A stretch of 64,000 bases of DNA, from IMG/VR virus record IMGVR_UViG_3300010163_000003, positions 128,001-192,000 of that record, one strand, 5' to 3'. Positions 9,601 through 17,684 of this stretch are shown piece after piece; position 1 is the stretch's first letter, and every line of letters starts with the position of its first letter. The translations under genes and the position numbers were made by a program. A model generated the notes under the pieces. The model did no database searches, was not told where the DNA came from, and worked only from the letters and a program-made list of their open reading frames with translations. The stretch is from a virus. Lineage: Duplodnaviria > Caudoviricetes.

Positions 9601-11453
9601 GCTAATTTTTGATAGCCATTAGCACCAATTTGTCTTTTAAGAGTATTATCATATTCCATGCGAACTTCTGATGGATCAAAAAGTCTTGCAATTTCTCTTC
9701 TACCAGAATCCAGAGAATCATTTTCTCTAATAGTTTGAATGAAATTTTGAGTTAATGAACTTTCGTCATATATGTCTGCTCCATTAATAATACGGTGCAA
9801 TCTTTCAAATACCTCTTCTTGAGTATCCCCAACAAGATACATTACATCTGCATCTGCACCCTGAGCATAATTCCGTAAAGCAATAGAATATCTTGTTACG
9901 TTCTGGCCATCTATATTTTGAGTAAACGTTTTAGTTTGAGAAGTGTCAACTTTCCAAAAATTATTCTTAATCGAATAAGAGTTAGTTCCAAAGTCATCTC
10001 CAGCTTGTACAACAAATTCTTTAGCTTCTTCTTTCTGTAAAGCTCCTGAGCGAAGATAGAATACTGTATTATCTAAATCTCCATAAGTTAATTGTTTAGT
10101 ATAAGGCTCTTTCTTTAAGGCTTCCAGCGCGTTACTATTATTAGAAAATAGAATAACGTCATTGTCAATCAATAACCCTTGGTTATTGATATCACTTATA
10201 GCAATATGAGCTTGGTGTTCTTGGAGTCCTAATGCTTCAAGCCTTTCGTTTATAGATACACCAACTCGTTTACCATATAATAATTCATTTAATTCTAATG
10301 GACTTAAATGTTGAGCTTCTGCAACAGCACGAACAATATGAATGTTATCTAATATTTTACTTTGAGCAATTTTAAGCTTCTTGATTAATATCTCTTTTTC
10401 TTGAAGAGTTTTGGATGATTGTTTTACGTATGCTATTAACCTATTAACATCGAATTCACTATTCGCTGCGTTTAAAAAATTAGTGTCGGTAGGATTGTCT
10501 ACAATTTTGTCAATAACAAGTGAAATAAAATCATCAGCAGCATTAGAGAATCCATTTTTCGAGTCTAATATTGCATTACTTGCTTGTTCAAAATTACGCC
10601 AACCGCTGAGAGCTTCAGCATAATTTATATTTGTTGGCTTACCCTTTTTTACTACTTTGTATTTATGTTTTTGTCCAAATAAATCAACTTCAACATCAGT
10701 AAAAACATCAGTATAATTACCAGCATAAACAGCAGCACGCTCCATAGAAATTCTTTCAGATTCGCTTAAGCTATCCCAGCCATATTTCCTAAATTTCTCT
10801 AGCGTATCCATCATAAATTTCTTTTGTGGAGCACTTGTCATAGGAACAACAAATGATTGTCCTCTGGGGTCTGGAACGCTGTGTAATTTTCTATCGTATC
10901 TTCTTAAATTAACGCCTAACTCTGTAATAGTTGAAGTACCATCGGCAATATCGCCTAATGTTTCTGTATCGAATCCCCATAAAGAAATATTCTTATATAA
11001 GCCATTATCTCCTTTATCTATAACAGCTTTGGCAAATGCTTGCCATCTATCATGAGCACCCAATACTTGATCTACAGACTTCTGATTAATATAAGTAGCC
11101 ATTTTTAAATAGTCTGTAGGGTCAAATGATGAAGTATTAAAATTTACTCCAGTATTAAGAATAGCTTGTGGAGTTTGATCAAGAAGTTCTCTTTGCAAAT
11201 TCCAAGCTTGATTCCTATAATTAGAACGTAATATTTTTCTAGCAGTTTCTTCAGTATCAGCTTGACCTGAATTTATCAAATTACTAATTTCATTTAATAC
11301 ATTTTGATCTGTTGTACTAGATGATTTTCTAATAGCGTAAGTTTCTGGATCTAATCTGCTTCCATCATATTCTACAGTAAATTTATTTGCATTATTATAT
11401 TGTGACCAAACATCTGGTAATCTATAATGAAATGCATATATTTCATCTCTCAT
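687..11453 (-). CDS. Giant virion protein (3588 aa): N-terminal DEDDh 3'-5' exonuclease, single-chain two-barrel (DPBB) RNA polymerase and C-terminal hydrophobic segment; putative virion RNAP at the tape-measure locus
   Basis: Exonuclease motifs FDTET (D162/E164), NSEFD (D335) and HIAISD (H416/D421). RNAP motifs YED (E1517/D1518), K1620-x7-K1628, RFP (R2467), LDFDGD (D2504-D2508) and AVDPK (2723-2727). Hydrophobic VGMAAGSLVALGLLTNVM near the C-terminus. Confidence 0.8.
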   Translation of the reverse strand: MRDEIYAFHYRLPDVWSQYNNANKFTVEYDGSRLDPETYAIRKSSSTTDQNVLNEISNLINSGQADTEETARKILRSNYRNQAWNLQRELLDQTPQAILNTGVNFNTSSFDPTDYLKMATYINQKSVDQVLGAHDRWQAFAKAVIDKGDNGLYKNISLWGFDTETLGDIADGTSTITELGVNLRRYDRKLHSVPDPRGQSFVVPMTSAPQKKFMMDTLEKFRKYGWDSLSESERISMERAAVYAGNYTDVFTDVEVDLFGQKHKYKVVKKGKPTNINYAEALSGWRNFEQASNAILDSKNGFSNAADDFISLVIDKIVDNPTDTNFLNAANSEFDVNRLIAYVKQSSKTLQEKEILIKKLKIAQSKILDNIHIVRAVAEAQHLSPLELNELLYGKRVGVSINERLEALGLQEHQAHIAISDINNQGLLIDNDVILFSNNSNALEALKKEPYTKQLTYGDLDNTVFYLRSGALQKEEAKEFVVQAGDDFGTNSYSIKNNFWKVDTSQTKTFTQNIDGQNVTRYSIALRNYAQGADADVMYLVGDTQEEVFERLHRIINGADIYDESSLTQNFIQTIRENDSLDSGRREIARLFDPSEVRMEYDNTLKRQIGANGYQKLAEIRKFNEAYNNHLASINPLTDYDARYRDLKSFIEQTFGTSRRSSNALKNGLINTPYEMQAFLSYKRILDNESPVHDVIFKAVNDYFKNSPYDPSQPLSGINSPELNREQTVLFSKIRKALAKVLESENIELDNSGAFEYFKDRGRFSYSDLYDFDIISDNGAFKRINDHSEKTIEQGIKNFLDEAKDNNTIINGLNNLQDRGIIKDASKYIKTLDSLLPLNAKQKSSYTFGLSTEIATEIWKLKNTPGSILADSITSSMSDEDVQKRILHSIGHDNYDIDAPFLKYKDSSLRDFFNNLNSNPTQAKKVNDAIKEVFDNYTPYRYITSAATDLQYETFERSLLEALGMNYGTSEDIAAKTKLLNDILLDSKKYSLNSKKGKGLQALIITPYSNLNVAKHEGKSGYMLLTKTGDSHKLASFIDNLTDDEFKNITSSYKNVMDSDISKYATVVELPRVREFDIRSNNSGLASVESLRFINQGDNYPKYLHARSLDTYLDKNGILQVSEGDGSTAVLSIFRKGLANAEELALDGNYGEGSRRMRRILTDYLGGLASDNSISGVSRNVHLNPNSIMNAFGYSYHKGLRDIFEQLTLGSFKNPNAISAELNPAQLIVKTFAEHVGLGDVNSLYSYREILNSQEFHEFFHRRMLIGTVLSEDWQANGVSWADQLRINFKNAGYEDFFDTGDSKNFLNIINDLIHDDRIRKDSMISDFAVDAVSRVVNVNKTSGLNPIGSESALERGIYYSRMFGDFQTHSGLYNIMRPLYVQQGNPVTYDINQVSSVLSQLSNNVNAPNMAKGLTEKGYSAISFGNNAMTHLEKGIKDSLEASTNGKITLDEHEFMARFKFINDADLQIKYNDILSDNAAIDSLAKKLSQTGVSVDSKQTRELIKVFQAHYNSLYEDKMFANPFIQQFDFFTKPDAVKLELNWSKADIQRTTELLNNLVGKDIDTNTVIGFRNDGSRIFFNKPKSILTQENVDQLLSGIDNGIGKTRLETYVGDIVDQKITINGLEKATVHSIRPEDIYSIINQGSNVYNKQQANTLLSTLFGEMFDGAIFVGNPNFSKHGGIMHAQAIFDLATDRYSKAGQVDHLVDLMNQAAKDTHQFDPINGKTPNISFQASADNKRLYVTMAEMPDPSSFDLKLKDLLREDATKNGNSISQSIINELDDLEATMSDWFTFRRQIMNDHMGKYFVMDKRAEQGIIFRGLFKDPFGYNDTVHGIDPKDVEYMQLLKKEALEYGRTHGETKSLKELKYLGKELNDYAMDLNYERARQNNPHQELRRGIVGTKYSKEFLEGKYTLEDIKKSNILTLTLDEIVEGNGERMRTGYDRVKDLDNTMFFIDGKPSEFLLKKAREQGVDLNNDSFNIFVALDNNPDVHVIKPKVNGTELEGLLIPIHGVTTIQENEKFLFQKSIGIVNQRLKEIDELRKNPGKFLVNSLGNTIGNDDPKIIREVMNERIGKIYSTMVKELYRQTDFMKKDTDIYKAFQSFVMPNSSEYLGQSEFSPLLEEQIAKNSNVRKAYEKLRGTSTQKGLYAQLRDNPYDMSIIEELTQAKNDFDAAIKASSKEVLTNSSNAAKLILPDNVSDSLKKLARTTINGVEYNGLVVQVSQQALERQGYDFSIVAADIINDYEKHMKDGKYTIEGMSDLVQSSRFQKSYNDLIQAFNDNTKPPDHLKSISFQSNRIAGLNNKTLEDIHTLLESGTDKDIDSAIKKMAKVDSKTYYQTIDKLEIKGQGNLISTLDNYMGVIQEGKKKAQRTLDKSREQIHVLEGIEKVNASVKDRDAYKQIRAAMQDSIDSAEKALKQYDEILEGQFKNAEGLLGSNLKLFKQSGIAQQFFSEVGIFAEFLRFPSFRSQPIVRLALGEHLSGNQVNVSNPILSYLTHLDFDGDKVFVSTIADGASILKSNSKLFNLQKTRYERFITREAPILLSEAIKEGNPFLFNDPSAVNKQKSKLLEIIDSKEYQNSIKEYLNNLASQSSDNRIHLNGGTYKVEDILSNQKDKKFSGIFEAALHSNEVDSFFKSSVGNTLLNEAQLVSATVARLRKNLIGHVSTPMYRIKETFYQTMSLKNLTGEQTKLMNESLISFSNMLSGDGGLFSVTEQTAVDPKHARDSLDLSKIRRFSEHAYGFLETNDVQAQRLHMIGMVDSIGSKVLKINDNEIETYVDNFIMGDSLRKVNGFSKNGIPHIGPGVTLNQIDDALRILKQSNLQGVIETVTLNGKVFTQDDTALLEYLRSFHLMNKAKIEVPELTEVWNTVMKRRDLFGLEDMINNLKSLNPKDVKKLVSAIDTDMAEYLMTKVNALRDPFDVNTLYTYTGQLGKNNAEINYYAYTGNGKFNRVNINDKGVQLKGEVIDLHSPNATFEEKFFKQITHDSSKGSSPYYIGNLHIDPELRVNIQKDAAEVKLTGMLDDAILYESNGTSKIRTAKINKNTNTPEFTGTFEKSILRATGISKNKYGRISNLGQFYGEAGSSAPMTSVLQQILGITDTDPNKALSAIITTFDETKKLGNAYESWRAQYMIDAGQRGLDPAVELLRSVNKNIANNGRKINFNDKDAIKSLGTLNEIFKQTIEQEVLNVDSSANMQHHYNKVNALGNFDFQNYYESIEKLRKNVYDIPSEAKRLQGQYDILEQYIKKIQAKPNAPTEQLDTLKEMLSHKYTDLGPKGTPGSLIDIMENERLNSIKQAQDKIFSMLVKSDDAASLFNFNGSFDEMRVGFGSFMGTKFSNLNSKDYDYVLEEASKMLGKKPSDKIKFSVETTLKKLEEYKASGHVFKASDALSLSGMSESISHRVESLKAQTDSIISYLNKNKVLSDREIIKILNNNNANNPLKRRTLSQFFDDTLSDLDISKKHVGMAAGSLVALGLLTNVMHKDQDKTPLQPQESGLYNQPNINGKQVPSTPKSRNVIYQDTHSGLSFNIRAKTQMDINAQNNGAIINKAGGGSTSMYSYIDNSGVNDNWLANKFAELAQ

Positions 11454-11462
11454 TTATATCAC

Positions 11463-14400
11463 CTATATATTCATATTTCCTATACGTGATTCTACATCAG
11501 ATCTTCCATCTTTGTATACTTCCATTTTAGTTTGTGTATCATTTAAAGCGCTTGTATAAGATATTTGAACATCATCATATCCGTTTTCACCAAGAATATG
11601 TTTAAGCCTTGTACGTATTTGAGCAGCATTTGTATGTTTATCTATTTTAGGAATAGGAATATTAGTCATATTAGCTTTATTTTTATTATCTTGCCATATA
11701 TCAAATTCACCGGGGTCTAATTTTTCTTTATGGACAAGTTTAACTTTAACATCATCTAAATTAGTATTTTCATCCCAACCTACCCAATTTGCATTAGGTA
11801 AGGCATGCTGAGTAAAATATTCTTGTAAACTAGGTTTTACATCTGGCTTCATTCCCCAAGTCGATTGTAATGCTCGTCTCATATAGCTTGGAGCAACACG
11901 AAGTATTTTATCTTTTTCTTCTTCTGGAGCATTCATGAAATGCTTAAAATATTGTCTATCCTTTTTAGGTAATGCAGACATAATATCTACCATTGATTTT
12001 CCTGGCTCATATCCATACATGGTTTTATCGGCTGCATTTTTATATTGAATAGCTTTCATAGCATTTAATGGAACCTTGACAGTTTTTCTATCACTTTGTA
12101 TTTCTTTGATTTCTTGATTTACTGCTTTAATGATTCCTTCTCTTCCCATATTTGGTTTCATATATTTTGGTTTACCATATTGAAAATCGAATTTATCACT
12201 ATGTTTAAAATCCATTTTAACTTGCCGCTTATATGCTTCAAGCTCTTGCTTTCTTATTTTATTATAAGCACCATGTGATTCTGTGCTATTCATATATTGG
12301 CGAACATCGAAATGATCTTCCGCCATAGACTTGTCTGCATATTGATTAAATAAACGCATGTTTTTTACATACTTTAAAGTATCAACGTATTCGTTTACTT
12401 TTTCTTGTTGTACTCTTCTGTTTGGTCTCCAATCTCTTTCTTTAGTAGAACCAGCAGAAAAAGCAATCTGGCCTATTGTTGGGATAGCTCCTCCAACAAA
12501 TCCTCCCATTATTGCACCAAAATTATTTCTACCAAATAATCTACCTATAAATGTACCAGTAACTATGCCAAGTAATCCGTTTGCAATTGGTTTATCAACC
12601 ATGTTAGGCATAAATAAGTCTCTAATTGGATGATCCCAGCTTTGAAAGTCTTTCCCATATACTTCTCTATCTCTATATTGTTCATATGGAGAACGTACTT
12701 GATAAATTTTGCTACCTATAAATGGGATATTTCCAATAATACTATGGGCAGTTGTTTCCATTGCAGAACCAAATGCGATTTCTCCTTTGCTATATCTCGC
12801 ATGAATACCAGCAGGAGAATCATCGTTTTCATTTTCTTTAGCATGACCTTTATTAAGCAATATTTGATTTACATTTCTTCCTCCAGAAATAACAACAGAA
12901 CGTATAGAGTCAGTAGAATCGCCAGAAAACTTATTAGCAGAATCTGCATCGTATTGGATAGTAATTCTTCCACCTTTATGTATATGCTTTTTAATTTCAT
13001 CGTAAGCCGCTTCACGTTTCGTTGGCCCCTTTTCTAATTCTTTACGGATATTATGAATTATTTTTTCAGCGCCTTTACGTCGTTTGCGCGGATATTCTTT
13101 TTTGTTAACTAAGTCACTAGATTCTGTTACAGTAATACCAGCAAACTTAATAGCATGCTGCGCACCATATTCTTTAGTGACAATAGTATTGTTGTCTAAT
13201 ATTTTGTCTACAGTTACAACTTCACTAACAAGATTCGATGTTTTAAATTTATAAGGATATACACGAAGAGGTTCTTTCTGCTGAGTTATTCTTTTGCGAA
13301 TTTGTTGAACTTCTTTTTTTTCTTCATCAGTTAATTGTTCACGAGATAACTTAGCAGTAGCTTGTTTAAACTCATCAGAATAGGGTGCTACATCCGCTAG
13401 AATGCGATATTGATCAAGAGGACTATATAAGTCACCTCTACCTATTACGCCTTTTTCTATGCCCTTTCTGATGTCAGCACGAGCGTCATTAAGATTCTTT
13501 AAAGTATCGCGAAGTAATTTATCGTCATATTTAAACCCAACAGTATATGAGTCCGTAGGATTTTCTTTGTCTACATAATGAATATATCCTTTAGACTCTG
13601 TATTGCCAGTTGCCCATAAATAATAATTTACTTGACGCTTATGATAGTCTAATGGTCTGCCACTTTTTCGGAGTTCTTTAAGCTTCTTTGCAGACGTTGT
13701 TTTAATATCAACTATACCAACACCAGTGGGTGAACTCATGTCATATACAGCAGCGTCAAAATATCCAAGTATGCCATTACGTTCATCTTTTATTTCGCCT
13801 TCCGTTTTAAAAGCTATACCTTGTTCTTTCCAAGCAGCTTCTATTTGTCTATGCAGTTTAGTTCCTTTATTAAGAGTATCTTCTTGGAATTGAGTATTAA
13901 CAAAATCTTGATGCAACAAATGACGTATAATATGTTCTTTATCGTACCCAATAGATGAAGATCCTGTACGCATATCTAAAACATTATTAATGCCATACAT
14001 GCGTTCATACCCTTCTCCAGGCAAACGTTCTTCGCCATTAGCGATTTTAGTATATGGATCTCCATGTTTAAAATCTGTAAAATAGTTACTACCAGGCATC
14101 CAATCTGGCATTGTGTTTCTTATTGGATTAATATATTCAGTTGTAGTATTGCGTTTAGGCATAAAACGACGAGATATTTCTGACAGGCTTCCACCGAGAC
14201 CGCCCATGTTTTCATCCCAAAAAGAACGACGAGCGCTATATGCCCAACCAGAATCTTCTATAGTTCGAGCATCGACATTATGTTTACCAGTAATAAGAGA
14301 TTGTGTTATAAACCCTTTTAAACCTGCTACATCTGCTAACCAGTTTAGTTCTTCTTTACTATTATACATAAAAGCATTGTCTATTGCTTTAGAATCATTG

Positions 14401-17400
14401 CCAACAGGTATATCAGGATTTAAATTAGGAGTTAATTCTACTCTGTCTTTAGCACCAATAATTTTTTTAATACTATATTCTTTTAAGTCTTTATTTACTT
14501 CCCACAAGTTCATATCATTTGGTATATCAACTACACTTAATTTACCAGAAGGAGTAGAATATATCTCATATGGTGGAACAGAATCGTCATGACCAGATAT
14601 GCTATAGCCATATGGACTAGGTAGCGTGTCAGGCGTATAAGGTTTAGGTTTATAAGATTGAGCTTTTGGAAATGCAGAATAAAGAGCATCTGTAACAGAA
14701 TTTGAAGGCATTTTTTGAATAATGTCTCTAACGTCAAATGTAACACCATTAGAATTAGTAGTTTTGTATTTAACAATTTTTTGAGCTTGATAAATAGAAG
14801 CATCCATCGCTTGAGTATAAGCTGCTTGATTTGCTGTTAATTCTTTTTGCAATTCTACAAAACTATTAATATTTTCTTGTGCTTGAGCCATAAATTTTTT
14901 ACGATTTAATTCAAGTTTTCCTGTTGTAAGTATAGGATTGGGTTGCTCGTCTGCTGGATTAACATTTATTTGACCTTGATACTCCATATGCATCATTTGA
15001 GGAGGAGAAATAATAGTTCCTATAGTAGATGCAAATATAGGTCCTATAAACGGAATATCATTGCCAATTGGAGCAGTTTTAAGATATGGTCTATCCTGAA
15101 GATGTTTATAATCATAATGATGTTTGTCGAAAATAAAATAGTTTAATGGAGCCAATGGATTAAAGATATTCGGATACCAAGTATGATTATAATATTCTTT
15201 ACGAGAACCCCACTTAGTATCACTAAAATCAACATCAGCTTCAATACGACGATATAAGTTTGGTCTCCAGTATTCTATTTTCCCTCCAGTAAACGGAGTA
15301 TTACCTGCTCCCCACCAGCGTCCTTTACGGATAGGATCAAAGCCATTTTCAATATACTCTTTACGTTCTTCTTTGGTTTGTCCTAAACCCATTTGATGTA
15401 TCAATGGTAATTCCGTTATTTGTTCAGTGCCAGGAATCATGTCTTGCATAAATTTCACAAGTTTAGTAGCTCCAGTAATATCCATCATGTTATGAGCTTG
15501 AATATCTAATGGCTTTACAACTTTTCGCATTAAAAACTTTGTTATATTGTCTTGTTTGCCAGTATTAGTTTCATCATCCTTTCTAAAAAATGGTTCACTA
15601 AGATAGTTAATCATATCAGGAACCTGTGTAAGCATATATATCGGTAATGCACGTTTAGCTATTAAATTTCCAGCATAAGACCCTACGCTATGTTTTGCTT
15701 GAGTACTAAATCCGAAAAGATATACACTGTTAGCTAACTGATTATTTAATGCATCAAATAATCCCCAAGTTCTAGTAGTCCGCTCTGTAAAATATTTGCC
15801 AGCCATGCCATTTCTGTCGAATCCAGAACCAAATTGTCCAACAAATTTTATTAAATTTTCAAAAGCATCGACAGGTCTTTTGTCCATTAGATCTGTTACT
15901 ACAGTTCCGAGCTTATACCCTTCTTTAGTAACATTAAAAGTATGCGGGGTATACTTTATATTGTTTTTAATATATTCACCAAATCCATTGCCAAGAACGT
16001 CACTATGATCATATTTTTGAGCAGCTTGCAACATCTCATTAACCGAGTCATATTCAAATCCATTCACTCTAATTTTTCTTGTCATTCTATCTATAAACCT
16101 ATCAGTAGTTTCATCTATTGCAGTTGCGCTATCAAAACTTCTGGTAATATCTTTCGCTTCTGTTTGCCATTCTTCAAATCCCATGTCTAATACTTTTGCT
16201 GTTCTGTATCTAAGTTTTTCTGAAGCTGTTAATTTTCTACCAAGACGTTTTTCGTAATCCGTTATGCTTTCTTTGATAGGTTCTCCATATGACAATCCAG
16301 CCATTTCTCTCATAGCATTAATTTGATGAGTGCCATATCCATAACGAGTCATGTTAGTGGTGTCATACAAATGAAGGTTTTCCGCTATTTTCATTAACCT
16401 TCCATCAGTAGTAGTAGTGTAAGCAGAACCATTAATGACAGCTACAGATTTATTTGCATATTCATCTCCAAGATTTTCTGCTAACCATTCTCCTATTGTA
16501 TATCTACCACCACGTTCAGTAAGAAATGGACTAATTTGCTCGCTACTTAACAAGCCAGCAAAAGGCTCTTTGTATCCGAGCTTATTCAAACCAAGATAAT
16601 TAAATCCACTTTTTAAAGGATTAAATTTAACAACAGGTAATCCAAAATCTTCAGCAAGAGAATTAATAAATCCATATAAATCTTGTTTGGGCATACGATA
16701 ATCTATAAACTTACCAACTTCATCTATGCGAATATCTGAATCTAAGGTTAAATTTTTCCATGCTCCTCTAGAATACATTGTTTGAACATGACCAAATTCA
16801 TCTGTATATTTATGATTAAGATTACCCATAAAATTATTAATGCTATCTAGGAAAGAATGTCCCATTTGGTCTTTCGCTTTGTCTAAATCAATAACAGCAT
16901 TACTTTTTACTTGTAATCTTTTAATGCCATTAGAGTCAATTACTTCTTCTAAAATATCTCCAAGAACCAATTGGCGATATCCTGTTGTACGCAATTGTTC
17001 TCTTGCTTTTTCAGCGGTTAAACTTCTTAATTCCAAAAATTCTTCCATCATTTTTTGAGTATATATAGAAGCTTGATCTGGATGATATTCGGTAGCAGTA
17101 AATTCAACTTCTTGTAGGCGTTGCATAAATTTCTTAAGGTCAGTATCAAAATAAGAATATCTTCTTTCTGTAGAACGAGAAAGTCCGTCTTCTATTATAC
17201 TATGCATAACTTTTAAATCGTCTTCAGTATCTTGTAATATACGCTTCATGCGATTAAAGTGAGACATAGAAGAAGAACCAGTCAAGTCTGATATATCTTG
17301 AAATAAATCAAAAGCAACACTACTTGAACGCTTATGAAATAAGCTATGTTCTGGAATATTCCAACTACGACCAGATTTTGCAAGAGCTGAAGAATCTATA

Positions 17401-17684
17401 TGTTCAGAATTAGCCCACTTTTTTATGCTAGACATAACAACGCTAGCTTTATCTAACCCTTGTTCAGAAATAACATCGCCAAGTTCTAGCATAGGTTTAA
17501 TTATTCCCTTTAAAAGGCCAGATTTATATGTACCGTAACCAGCTATAGCAATTAAACCCATTTTTACGGCATTCAGTAATACACTGGCATCGTTCACGTT
17601 TTGTGGGTCATTAACGGTCGCATTATCTTTATCGTTATAATTCCCTGTTAGCGTTCTTTGCTGCAATCTGTTGTCTGATGGCAT
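11463..17684 (-). CDS. Large tape-measure/ejection-type virion protein (2073 aa) with PD-(D/E)XK nuclease, SNase-like domain and membrane segments
   Basis: Follows the tail chaperone pair. GTKLH...GYFD...IVDIKT...QVNYY nuclease motifs at aa about 1274-1355; VDKILDNNT...VNQILLNKGHA SNase-like fold; Gly-zipper GLLGIVTGTFIG...GAIMGGFVGGAI; N-terminal hydrophobic MGLIAIAGYG. Confidence 0.7.
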   Translation of the reverse strand: MPSDNRLQQRTLTGNYNDKDNATVNDPQNVNDASVLLNAVKMGLIAIAGYGTYKSGLLKGIIKPMLELGDVISEQGLDKASVVMSSIKKWANSEHIDSSALAKSGRSWNIPEHSLFHKRSSSVAFDLFQDISDLTGSSSMSHFNRMKRILQDTEDDLKVMHSIIEDGLSRSTERRYSYFDTDLKKFMQRLQEVEFTATEYHPDQASIYTQKMMEEFLELRSLTAEKAREQLRTTGYRQLVLGDILEEVIDSNGIKRLQVKSNAVIDLDKAKDQMGHSFLDSINNFMGNLNHKYTDEFGHVQTMYSRGAWKNLTLDSDIRIDEVGKFIDYRMPKQDLYGFINSLAEDFGLPVVKFNPLKSGFNYLGLNKLGYKEPFAGLLSSEQISPFLTERGGRYTIGEWLAENLGDEYANKSVAVINGSAYTTTTDGRLMKIAENLHLYDTTNMTRYGYGTHQINAMREMAGLSYGEPIKESITDYEKRLGRKLTASEKLRYRTAKVLDMGFEEWQTEAKDITRSFDSATAIDETTDRFIDRMTRKIRVNGFEYDSVNEMLQAAQKYDHSDVLGNGFGEYIKNNIKYTPHTFNVTKEGYKLGTVVTDLMDKRPVDAFENLIKFVGQFGSGFDRNGMAGKYFTERTTRTWGLFDALNNQLANSVYLFGFSTQAKHSVGSYAGNLIAKRALPIYMLTQVPDMINYLSEPFFRKDDETNTGKQDNITKFLMRKVVKPLDIQAHNMMDITGATKLVKFMQDMIPGTEQITELPLIHQMGLGQTKEERKEYIENGFDPIRKGRWWGAGNTPFTGGKIEYWRPNLYRRIEADVDFSDTKWGSRKEYYNHTWYPNIFNPLAPLNYFIFDKHHYDYKHLQDRPYLKTAPIGNDIPFIGPIFASTIGTIISPPQMMHMEYQGQINVNPADEQPNPILTTGKLELNRKKFMAQAQENINSFVELQKELTANQAAYTQAMDASIYQAQKIVKYKTTNSNGVTFDVRDIIQKMPSNSVTDALYSAFPKAQSYKPKPYTPDTLPSPYGYSISGHDDSVPPYEIYSTPSGKLSVVDIPNDMNLWEVNKDLKEYSIKKIIGAKDRVELTPNLNPDIPVGNDSKAIDNAFMYNSKEELNWLADVAGLKGFITQSLITGKHNVDARTIEDSGWAYSARRSFWDENMGGLGGSLSEISRRFMPKRNTTTEYINPIRNTMPDWMPGSNYFTDFKHGDPYTKIANGEERLPGEGYERMYGINNVLDMRTGSSSIGYDKEHIIRHLLHQDFVNTQFQEDTLNKGTKLHRQIEAAWKEQGIAFKTEGEIKDERNGILGYFDAAVYDMSSPTGVGIVDIKTTSAKKLKELRKSGRPLDYHKRQVNYYLWATGNTESKGYIHYVDKENPTDSYTVGFKYDDKLLRDTLKNLNDARADIRKGIEKGVIGRGDLYSPLDQYRILADVAPYSDEFKQATAKLSREQLTDEEKKEVQQIRKRITQQKEPLRVYPYKFKTSNLVSEVVTVDKILDNNTIVTKEYGAQHAIKFAGITVTESSDLVNKKEYPRKRRKGAEKIIHNIRKELEKGPTKREAAYDEIKKHIHKGGRITIQYDADSANKFSGDSTDSIRSVVISGGRNVNQILLNKGHAKENENDDSPAGIHARYSKGEIAFGSAMETTAHSIIGNIPFIGSKIYQVRSPYEQYRDREVYGKDFQSWDHPIRDLFMPNMVDKPIANGLLGIVTGTFIGRLFGRNNFGAIMGGFVGGAIPTIGQIAFSAGSTKERDWRPNRRVQQEKVNEYVDTLKYVKNMRLFNQYADKSMAEDHFDVRQYMNSTESHGAYNKIRKQELEAYKRQVKMDFKHSDKFDFQYGKPKYMKPNMGREGIIKAVNQEIKEIQSDRKTVKVPLNAMKAIQYKNAADKTMYGYEPGKSMVDIMSALPKKDRQYFKHFMNAPEEEKDKILRVAPSYMRRALQSTWGMKPDVKPSLQEYFTQHALPNANWVGWDENTNLDDVKVKLVHKEKLDPGEFDIWQDNKNKANMTNIPIPKIDKHTNAAQIRTRLKHILGENGYDDVQISYTSALNDTQTKMEVYKDGRSDVESRIGNMNI

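Noticed and set aside
13500-13960. Cas4 / CRISPR adaptation gene
   Set aside because: The nuclease lacks the four-cysteine Fe-S motif, is embedded in a virion protein, and no cas genes or array are visible.
687-17684. Inteins or homing endonucleases as the source of the nuclease domains and the large size
   Set aside because: I saw no LAGLIDADG or HNH motifs and no convincing intein splice-junction pairs. The domains are DEDDh, PD-(D/E)XK and SNase-like. This was checked by eye only.
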